From assembly GCA_964612665.1 (NCBI GenBank), contig CAZTCI010000001.1:380896-444895 (forward strand): a stretch of DNA of 64,000 bases, read 5' to 3'. The notes under the pieces are model-generated. The model saw only the letters and a program-made list of their open reading frames with translations. It ran no database searches and had not been told where the DNA came from. The position numbers and the translations under genes were made by a program. Below are positions 46,445 to 54,077 of this stretch, one piece after another (within the stretch, counting starts at the first letter, position 1; each line of letters opens with the position of its first letter). Source of the stretch: an uncultured Planctomycetales bacterium. Its GTDB lineage: Bacteria; Omnitrophota; Gorgyraeia; Zapsychrales; JAHFFX01.

Positions 46445-46475
46445 ATTCTTATTGCAACTAAAGTGCAATAAGAAT
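46445..46475. promoter_or_regulatory. 12-bp perfect inverted repeat operator (attcttattgca-N7-tgcaataagaat) upstream of fur-feo operon, candidate Fur box
   Basis: located ~20-50 nt upstream of fur start codon; AT-rich palindrome. Confidence 0.55.
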
Positions 46476-46572
46476 ACTAAAAAGGCTTTATCTTGTCAAA
46501 TAATTTTTAGAGAATATTGGTTGGTTTTTTTCTTGGGCTTTCGTCGGGAGTTTGGCGGGTGAGCGGCAAGGA

Positions 46573-46625
46573 AACGCCGGGCGGCCCTGTTCGGCGCAAA
46601 TTTATCGTCAGGGCCGCCCGGCGTT
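46573..46625 (-). terminator. 17-bp perfect GC-rich hairpin downstream of GH5 gene
   Basis: aacgccgggcggccctg-N19-cagggccgcccggcgtt; no strong T-tract. Confidence 0.55.
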
Positions 46626-46648
46626 TACCTAGCTTTCTCATTCCATTC

Positions 46649-49600
46649 TTACGGCGCCTGAATATACCCCTTCAATATTTTCAACAAAGAAGCATTAGGC
46701 AGATGATGTGTTGCCGTATCATATTTCGAAATCTTACGGTTTAAATCATTTAAAGAATCGTTTTGAAAGTCGGCGATGGATTCATCGTCTCCAAAGTGAT
46801 CATACATCCCCCATTCCGACGGATAATCATACATTTTGTATGACCACATCGACCAACTCCAGTTCTGATCATTAAATGTTTTAAGCATCAGATCCCAAAC
46901 GGCCTTGTCACCAAAGCCATTAAATTCACCGACCATGACGGGAACCTGATAAAGCGACTGCTTGGAATAACGTACCTTACCCGACCATTGATCCACCCCA
47001 TCTTGCCCGTCGATCAAATATTTCTGCTCTTCAGCCAAATTCAAAACGCCGATAATCTGGCCGTTTTGATCAAATTTGAATCCGTAATAATGGAATTGAT
47101 ACATAATATTCGTCCATTGAAAAACCGACGGGTTAGGCAACGTGTCCCAATCCTTGTTACTAGGAATTCCTTCCATGACAATAAGGTGTACGGTATCGTT
47201 GGCCCCGCCGCTGGAACCAGGAAGCCGAATCGTCCGATATAACCAATCATATAAACTCCACAGCGCCTGATAACCTTGGCTAATATTCGGATAATATAAC
47301 GGGTCGATGGCCCCGAATGGTTCATTAATTAAATCGTACCCCAACACGACGGTATTCTTTTTATAATGATTCGCAATCGCCCGCCAAAGCTCAGCCGTTC
47401 GTTGACGATAAACTTTATTCGCGGGATTAAAAAGCTGATGATAAAATCCTGCGGACGGACTTTTAGCGGATTGACGGCCCGTATGAAACGACGTGCTCTG
47501 CGATCCCGGCGCGCCGTGCAAATCTAAAAGCACATACATCCCGCGGTCCGCGCACATATCTAAAATCTTATCCACTGCCGAGAAATCATAAAGACCCGGA
47601 ACCCAGCTCCCCTTCGCATTTAAATCACGAATATTACGGTAATATAAAGGAAGCCGGACAAAATTTATTCCCATTCTGAAGAGATTGTTCAAGTCTTCTT
47701 CTTGGATGTAAGTGTTCTGATACGACGTGATCAAACTTTGCATCGAAACATCGCCAAATCTCTGGGACAAAATGCTGCGGATCGTCCAGTCATCCGGAAT
47801 CGACGCTGGCGCCCCGCTTCCTAAAAGCATCCAAGGTTCAAGCAGGAAATAATTTCCCAAGTTGACCCCGCGCAATTTAATGACCGGACCGTTGCCTTGG
47901 TTCTCTCGAAGATCGGTAGCGACGGCTTTAATAAAACCGTTAGGATTATACGCCAATGCCGGACTAAAGTTCGTGGCGTCGATAATCTGTTGATTGGCAT
48001 CAGTCTTAATTCCGCGTACGCGATATGATTTTCCTAACAGCGCCGAAATATTTTTAACCGGTCCCTTGTAAATTTGAACCCACGGCCCGTTTTTGGAATC
48101 GCCGCGCTGGACTTCATAAAGCGTTGTCTGCGGGATTGGAACCAATTGGATAACCCCCTGCTGTAATCTCGCATATTTGATAAGCGCAGGTTTGGGTTGA
48201 TATAAAACAACATCACTCCAATCTGACAGATACGGAACATGCCCATCGCTCGAAGTTGTTTCCCAACGCACACGCAGCGATGCCGGTTGAAGTCGGTTAT
48301 AGTTAAAAAAGTTTTGATGACCCGTATAAACCGTTGTCCATGGACCATCTGACCCAGCCGTACTTTCTTGCAATGTGTAGAACGCTGCCCCGGCGTAGTC
48401 ATTCCATTGAACAACTCCCGTCGGTAAATTGGCCTGATTAATAACCAGCGCAGGTCCTTTGGTCGCACGAATATCATCAAAATAATATGTCCCAGGCCAA
48501 TAGACTTGGAGCTGGATTTTATTTAAATCATCCAAGTTTAAATCCGCCGGCAGCGCGCTCAATGGAACCGATAACTGCGTCCACTGGCCATAATCGGCCG
48601 CCCGTTTTGTCCAGATCGTAAACGGTTCGACATTGTATTTGGGATTGTCCCAATCAAAGAATTGAACATTAACATTATTGGCAAGTCCGTTTTGGGCGAG
48701 CGAATAAACCCAGAACGTCAAGCGGTCATACGGTTTTGGATTTAAAGCTGTCGGATTTAAATCTACGTGCCAGAAATCTTGAAAAGAACAGGCCAATTTC
48801 GAATCGCAGCGGCGTTCTTGAGATTTCATTCCTGTCCCACCCCAAAAATCAAGCGTCTGGAGTTTCCAAGATTGCACGCCTTCATGCGCGAGCGTCGTTT
48901 CCAGATCAATATTACCGTTCCAAGCCCATCCGCAATCGCCTGGATTTCCCGTCGAGCAAGTCCATGGTTCAAACGTTTGATAAACGCGATCGGCGGACTC
49001 AATTTGAATATCATCCAGATAATAATCGCCTGGAAATTCGTTCACAAAATTAATTTTATCAACTGAAGTCCAATCGAAATTATTAGGAAGCTGCGTCAAC
49101 AAAATTGTGATTTGTGTCCATGTTCTAAATTTCGCTTTTTTCGTTGCGAAGACTTCAAAGCCTGAGAAAGCATCGCCTGTGTCTCTATAAATATTTTTAT
49201 CAAAGAATCTCACGCGGACTTCATTATCAGCGGCGTTAGAAGGATCCGCCCAGATCCAAAATGTCAGACGGTCGTTACGGTCGGGCTCAAAGTTGACGTG
49301 ATAAGTTTGAAATTGCGCCGGAATGGTTGTGCCGCCGAAAGAATTATTAGAGTGGACATGCCACGCTTGAACGCCGGCATGCACTTGAGTTGTTGAAAGT
49401 TCCGTGCTCGCGCCGTTTAATCCCCATCCATATTCGGGCGCGCCGCTTGGACTTCCCGGCGGGGGCGGGGTTCCGTTATTTGGTTCGAAATTTTGGTAGA
49501 CATGTCCTAAATTTCCTGCGTTATAAAGCGCGTTGATCTCATTAGACGATAAGACACGATTATAAACGCGTAACTCATCCAACAGCCCGCTAAAAATCTG

Positions 49601-50293
49601 CAGATCCCACGGCCGCTTGCCGATATAAAGATCCCAGCTTGTTTGCGGCGCAATCGTTCCAAAATTTTTCTGATTTCTTAACTGCCCGTCGATATAAACG
49701 CTCGCCCGGCCGTTTGTTCCATCATAAGTCACAACCAGGTGATGCCATTCGTTAAACGGCTGGTCATTGGTGCTGATAACATAGTGGAAGGCATCGCCTT
49801 TGGTATCAATTAAATTGGCGCCGGTTCCCAGATTTTCCCATTGATATCCAATTGTATTTGTCCAGAGATGAACGCCGGAAACTGTTCCGTCGGAATATTC
49901 TAAAAGAGGATTTTGCTGGAAACTAGCTGGTTGGTTTTTGCGGTTGTCGGAAGCGTTATACCAGGTGGCGAGGGTTAAGTTGTTTCCAAGGTTAAGGGAA
50001 GGACTCGCAGGAATTTTAATAAACCCATCCCCTCCGTCGAATTGATAAGCGCCGCCCACGCGTCCACTCGGTGTGTAAGAGACGTGTCCATTGATGATGC
50101 CAGTATTATTGTAACCGCTTAAATCTGTAACGGTCCCATTTGCATTCAGCGCATCGAATGAATAATATAAAACTAACCCATTTGTTGAATCAGCGTGGCA
50201 GGGCCGAACCCCGAATCCGCCTATTAAAAAAACCATACAAAACAAAAACTGCGCGAGTCTCACGATAATTCTTCCCATTCTCTGTATCTCCAT
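46649..50293 (-). CDS. secreted multidomain glycoside hydrolase: LamG-like domain, two CBM-like repeats, two Ig/FN3-like domains, C-terminal GH5
   Basis: 1214 aa; signal peptide; LamG motif region; duplicated ~150-aa domains (YQ.FEP..GW..NG...L.TT..H.GVQ.W...DRLTFW...PG.YY.DDI); GH5 features (VRLPL, LLDLHGAPGSQ, DLINEPFG acid/base, MVGEFNGFG nucleophile region). Confidence 0.8.
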   Translation of the reverse strand: MEIQRMGRIIVRLAQFLFCMVFLIGGFGVRPCHADSTNGLVLYYSFDALNANGTVTDLSGYNNTGIINGHVSYTPSGRVGGAYQFDGGDGFIKIPASPSLNLGNNLTLATWYNASDNRKNQPASFQQNPLLEYSDGTVSGVHLWTNTIGYQWENLGTGANLIDTKGDAFHYVISTNDQPFNEWHHLVVTYDGTNGRASVYIDGQLRNQKNFGTIAPQTSWDLYIGKRPWDLQIFSGLLDELRVYNRVLSSNEINALYNAGNLGHVYQNFEPNNGTPPPPGSPSGAPEYGWGLNGASTELSTTQVHAGVQAWHVHSNNSFGGTTIPAQFQTYHVNFEPDRNDRLTFWIWADPSNAADNEVRVRFFDKNIYRDTGDAFSGFEVFATKKAKFRTWTQITILLTQLPNNFDWTSVDKINFVNEFPGDYYLDDIQIESADRVYQTFEPWTCSTGNPGDCGWAWNGNIDLETTLAHEGVQSWKLQTLDFWGGTGMKSQERRCDSKLACSFQDFWHVDLNPTALNPKPYDRLTFWVYSLAQNGLANNVNVQFFDWDNPKYNVEPFTIWTKRAADYGQWTQLSVPLSALPADLNLDDLNKIQLQVYWPGTYYFDDIRATKGPALVINQANLPTGVVQWNDYAGAAFYTLQESTAGSDGPWTTVYTGHQNFFNYNRLQPASLRVRWETTSSDGHVPYLSDWSDVVLYQPKPALIKYARLQQGVIQLVPIPQTTLYEVQRGDSKNGPWVQIYKGPVKNISALLGKSYRVRGIKTDANQQIIDATNFSPALAYNPNGFIKAVATDLRENQGNGPVIKLRGVNLGNYFLLEPWMLLGSGAPASIPDDWTIRSILSQRFGDVSMQSLITSYQNTYIQEEDLNNLFRMGINFVRLPLYYRNIRDLNAKGSWVPGLYDFSAVDKILDMCADRGMYVLLDLHGAPGSQSTSFHTGRQSAKSPSAGFYHQLFNPANKVYRQRTAELWRAIANHYKKNTVVLGYDLINEPFGAIDPLYYPNISQGYQALWSLYDWLYRTIRLPGSSGGANDTVHLIVMEGIPSNKDWDTLPNPSVFQWTNIMYQFHYYGFKFDQNGQIIGVLNLAEEQKYLIDGQDGVDQWSGKVRYSKQSLYQVPVMVGEFNGFGDKAVWDLMLKTFNDQNWSWSMWSYKMYDYPSEWGMYDHFGDDESIADFQNDSLNDLNRKISKYDTATHHLPNASLLKILKGYIQAP

Positions 50294-50568
50294 ATTTTGA
50301 TAAATTCCAATTTGATTTTGGTTCTCACTTAAAATCCAAGCAATGAACTCTTAGCGAGAATTAAATAATGAAAGTAAGTGTACCCTCAGTTAAGAAAAAA
50401 GCAAGCTCTCTCACACAGACAAAGAAACTCTTTCTGGATGAATTCAATCTCAGGAAAGAATAGGGATGTTACGATTTAATTGATTTTATAAGTTGAGAAT
50501 CGTTGTTGTATATTAGGGAATAATAAATGCTATTGACCATTTATTATTTCAATAAGTGAGGAGAGAAA

Positions 50569-51969
50569 TTAAAACGTGATTGGGAAACGGACGTCCACCG
50601 TCATGTCTGGAGCATCGGTTGTAAGTCCCATCGAAACACCAAAGTCAAGCGAATGATATTCATCAATGGCCCAGTTAACACCAGTTTTAAAATTAGCAAC
50701 GTTCAGAAATGAACCGCCGACGGAATTATCATTACGAACCATCTTGGTCGTTATACTTTGATCAAATGAAAAAGTAATAGCAGTTTGATAACTCAACGCA
50801 ATCGCTGTTCCGACGCTATAACCAAGCGTGTCGCCGGGTTTAACATCACCAAAATTTTCAATATCTTGCCGGGCAAAATTATAGGTATAGCTTAAACTTC
50901 CAAAAATAACCGCCGGGTCGCTCGATTTAGCCGCAATAAGTGAACCGCGCAAACCCCAATGTCCGGTGCCTAACCCAATATCATGGTTATATGGTTCGCG
51001 TCCCGTCGGAGGTTTAACACTAAAGTTTGCGACCAAATCCGGCATTAAACCATGCTCCCAACCGATCTGCCGGCTTACACCAAATTCAATATCACCCAAC
51101 CCTTGTGTACCGCGTGTGGTTTCAGCGGTGGTTGACGTTAAAACAGTACGATCAAATTCACCGCGGTAAGGAATCTTTAACTCAGTTTGGAAATTATCAA
51201 AGAGCCCGTATTTTGCCGATAGTGTTTCAATAAAGACATCTCTCTTAATTTTTTGCACGTCAATATCTCCGACGACCAAAACAGGCAGAATACTGAAACC
51301 TTGGATGCTGATTGTGTTGGCCGATGAATGCGCATAAGTAAAACTCGGTTCAACCTGCATTTTCCCCTTGCCTAGCAGAATACTTCCTCTTTGCTGTAAG
51401 GTCCGTTCCAAGGATTCGGTCCGTTCAGTGGTACCTCCGGCCACATCCAAGTCCTTGTCATCCTTTTTAACGGCTTTACCGGGTCTCCTGTCTTTAACTG
51501 GCGACTTCGACATGCCAGGACCCACTTGTAGTCCGGGCTCGACATCGCCACTGGCAGCATATTGATCCAAATCCTGATCAAGCAACTGTCTTCGCTGCTT
51601 TTCTTTGTCGAGAATTTCTAAAACAATTTGATGGACGGCGGTTTGTAAATCTTCGTTATTAGTTTTTGATAAGAAATCAGACGGGGGGGATTGCGGTTGG
51701 GCAATTTTTTGCACAGATGGTATTTCTGCAATTTTTGTTGAAGCATCGGAACCGTGTTTGATTTGGGCCTTCACTAACTGAGGAATTTCTTGTAAAACTT
51801 CGTTGCGGACTTCTTCTTTTAATTCTTGTTTAATTTGGCTTCTCAATCTTTCAGTGAGCTCTTTATAATTTTTTTCCTGCGCTTCTTTGTTCCAGCGCAC
51901 CAAAAGAACAGCCGTTAAAATGCCAATACTTACAGTAAGCAATAAACTCTTTAATTGAGGATTTTTCAT
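50569..51969 (-). CDS. outer-membrane beta-barrel protein with N-terminal coiled coil (FapF-like secretion pore candidate)
   Basis: 466 aa; N-terminal signal/anchor, heptad coiled coil (res 30-75), Pro/Gln/Asp-rich linker, ~270-aa C-terminal alternating-hydrophobic beta-strands ending ...VRFPITF (C-terminal Phe). Confidence 0.6.
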   Translation of the reverse strand: MKNPQLKSLLLTVSIGILTAVLLVRWNKEAQEKNYKELTERLRSQIKQELKEEVRNEVLQEIPQLVKAQIKHGSDASTKIAEIPSVQKIAQPQSPPSDFLSKTNNEDLQTAVHQIVLEILDKEKQRRQLLDQDLDQYAASGDVEPGLQVGPGMSKSPVKDRRPGKAVKKDDKDLDVAGGTTERTESLERTLQQRGSILLGKGKMQVEPSFTYAHSSANTISIQGFSILPVLVVGDIDVQKIKRDVFIETLSAKYGLFDNFQTELKIPYRGEFDRTVLTSTTAETTRGTQGLGDIEFGVSRQIGWEHGLMPDLVANFSVKPPTGREPYNHDIGLGTGHWGLRGSLIAAKSSDPAVIFGSLSYTYNFARQDIENFGDVKPGDTLGYSVGTAIALSYQTAITFSFDQSITTKMVRNDNSVGGSFLNVANFKTGVNWAIDEYHSLDFGVSMGLTTDAPDMTVDVRFPITF

Positions 51970-51995
51970 AGTTTTTAGACTTATAGCCTCCTACT

Positions 51996-52079
51996 GACTT
52001 TTGCATTGCAAAAGTCTAGTACTAGGCCTTTTCTCTCGGAGAATGATAGAACAACCTTATCTTTGGGAGAGAAAAGGCC
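51996..52079 (-). mobile_element. MITE/REP-like structured repeat, copy 2 (inverted relative to 24623-24705)
   Basis: 84 bp; reverse complement ~92% identical to 24623-24705; intergenic between OM barrel gene start and C39 peptidase gene stop. Confidence 0.7.
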
Positions 52080-52088
52080 AGTAATCAA

Positions 52089-52799
52089 TTAAAATTCACC
52101 CGTATGAATCGTCGTACTGATTACATCGGGAGTCATTATGCTACGCATTAATTTATAATCAACTGAAACAAAATCTTTTTCTGCAATCTTTAAAGCATAA
52201 TCACTATTTTTGTCTTCATGAGGTTTTTCAACCAATAATCCGATGCCATCCAGCCATAAATCTTGAAACTTATTAATTTTCATCGAGACATTACCGACGG
52301 CAGGGTCAGCGATAAAAACACGGTCAGCCATCACAGCTTTTACAATAACAAAATGGCGGTAATTCCTAAATTTAATGGGAACTAAAACCGGTTTATGCAG
52401 ATGGCGCAAAAAATCAATGTCCATCTTATAACCTGTCACATTATAACCTTTTTGTTTTGCATAAGTTTTTAAATCAAATAAAGAGAATCCCCGGCGTTCT
52501 TTAATTTTTGCTAACGGCACAACTTGCAGAAGTGAATTAATAATCTCACCTTCCGAAACTGGATCATTGAGATAATAATTTAACAGCGTTGAAAGTCCAG
52601 CAGCACCACAACTAAAATCCAGACTTTGCGTAACGATGTTTGTGCGTCGGATGTCGCGCAAGGGTTTGATGTCTTTGTTAATCCGGATTCCGAATGAAGA
52701 AAAACTAATAGCCCAACTAGAAGATGGAATTAAAGGAATTAGAAAAAGACTGAAAAGCAGGAAGAAATTTTTATGGGCCTTTGTGAAGCTACTATACAT
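52089..52799 (-). CDS. standalone periplasmic papain-like C39-family cysteine peptidase (FapD-like)
   Basis: 236 aa; signal peptide; catalytic Cys context DFSCGAAGLSTLLNYY, downstream His/Asp region typical of peptidase C39/C39-like. Confidence 0.7.
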   Translation of the reverse strand: MYSSFTKAHKNFFLLFSLFLIPLIPSSSWAISFSSFGIRINKDIKPLRDIRRTNIVTQSLDFSCGAAGLSTLLNYYLNDPVSEGEIINSLLQVVPLAKIKERRGFSLFDLKTYAKQKGYNVTGYKMDIDFLRHLHKPVLVPIKFRNYRHFVIVKAVMADRVFIADPAVGNVSMKINKFQDLWLDGIGLLVEKPHEDKNSDYALKIAEKDFVSVDYKLMRSIMTPDVISTTIHTGEF

Positions 52800-52838
52800 T
52801 ATTAAGGGCTTTTATAAAATCTTTTTTAGAAATTTTGA

Positions 52839-52876
52839 CCCCTGAGCTATTGAAGTTGGAATAAATAGCTCAGGGG
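52839..52876 (-). terminator. intra-operon hairpin (attenuator/partial terminator) between secreted subunit gene and C39 peptidase gene
   Basis: cccctgagctat-N14-atagctcagggg, 12-bp perfect stem. Confidence 0.45.
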
Positions 52877-52918
52877 TTCTATAGTTTAGCGAAAAAATAC
52901 AAGCACTCTAAATTGCAA

Positions 52919-53971
52919 TTAAGGCTGAATTTGGAAGATAGAATAGTTACTCAGTTTAAGATCGTTTGAATTGTTTACATTACCAACTGTTGAATTCATC
53001 AATACCGTTAAATTGATCTGCACAGGTACAATGCTTCCAGCAGCATTGATATTAACAAAGGCGCTCAATTGTTGCTGCGCCGTATCGGTAACATTGACTG
53101 AGTTGATGCCGCCGCCCGTTGTTGAGAACGGTATCGGAATAACGTTATTGCCGCCACTATTAGCGACAGCAACTTTAAAATTACCTCCATGATTTGCAGC
53201 TAACACATCCAAAACATATGGCGAAGTTATGGCTGCCGGTGAAGTCGGCGTTGTCGGAGCGGCTGTCTGAGTGGGTACTGTTACATTAATGTTATTAGAT
53301 GGCGCCACTTGATTTGAAGTCGCTCCCGCTGCGTCGGCAGGTAAGGCAGAATTGGCCGCGACAACATTGGCTTGTGACGCTTGAGATGAAGCTGCATTTT
53401 GAGCAATTGATCCTGCTCCTCCTAATGGAGCACCAGAAGCTAATGATGAATCGGGAATATTTGTTGTTTCAGGTTTCATAATCCCAACTGTCTCGACGGG
53501 AGTAATAGGCACTTCAGGGCCTACGGTTACCGAAGGTGTCGCATGTGCAGAAAGTGGATTTTCTACATCTGTCAAGCTACTAGCTAAACTAGATGAGGGC
53601 AGTGAAGATCCAGCTGATGATGCTGATGACGCGTTAGATGGTGCTACTATATTTGTTGTATCGGCTCCGGCTGGGGATTTTGGAGACGTCGGCGTAGATA
53701 AGGACACTTTGACATTGGGATTATTAGTGTTCACTAAAAATGGATTGTTTTGAGTACCGAGTGTTACAGGACCTTTGGTAACACTATCCGCACTAGTACC
53801 CACCGAGCCAAGATAACTATCAAAATTAAAATTTAATCCTCCCGCGTGAATCTGGTCTAATTCATAATCGGAAAGAATAATAGCTTGACCCGCAAAAGCA
53901 TAAGAAATTTGAGATAACATAAGAACTGCGGTAAATCCTAAAGAAAATTTCTTTGACGCCATTTTTCTCAC
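52919..53971 (-). CDS. secreted Ala/Ser/Thr/Pro/Asn-rich protein with post-signal double-glycine-like motif (candidate fibre/amyloid subunit)
   Basis: 350 aa; Sec signal peptide (..ISYAFA|GQ), then ILSDYELDQIHAGG|LNF; C-terminal FVNINAAGSIVPVQINLTV motif related to paralogs. Confidence 0.6.
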   Translation of the reverse strand: MRKMASKKFSLGFTAVLMLSQISYAFAGQAIILSDYELDQIHAGGLNFNFDSYLGSVGTSADSVTKGPVTLGTQNNPFLVNTNNPNVKVSLSTPTSPKSPAGADTTNIVAPSNASSASSAGSSLPSSSLASSLTDVENPLSAHATPSVTVGPEVPITPVETVGIMKPETTNIPDSSLASGAPLGGAGSIAQNAASSQASQANVVAANSALPADAAGATSNQVAPSNNINVTVPTQTAAPTTPTSPAAITSPYVLDVLAANHGGNFKVAVANSGGNNVIPIPFSTTGGGINSVNVTDTAQQQLSAFVNINAAGSIVPVQINLTVLMNSTVGNVNNSNDLKLSNYSIFQIQP

Positions 53972-54028
53972 CTCTTCTCCGGCATTAGCTGTAATAGATT
54001 TTTACATTACTTTTTCAACTGGTACTAC

Positions 54029-54058
54029 AGTGGTGGGAGGAAAAATCCTCCCACCACT
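54029..54058 (-). terminator. intra-operon perfect hairpin between large repeat-protein gene and next subunit gene
   Basis: agtggtgggagg-aaaaat-cctcccaccact (12-bp stem). Confidence 0.5.
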
Positions 54059-54077
54059 TGAAGCTCAACGGCTTAGA

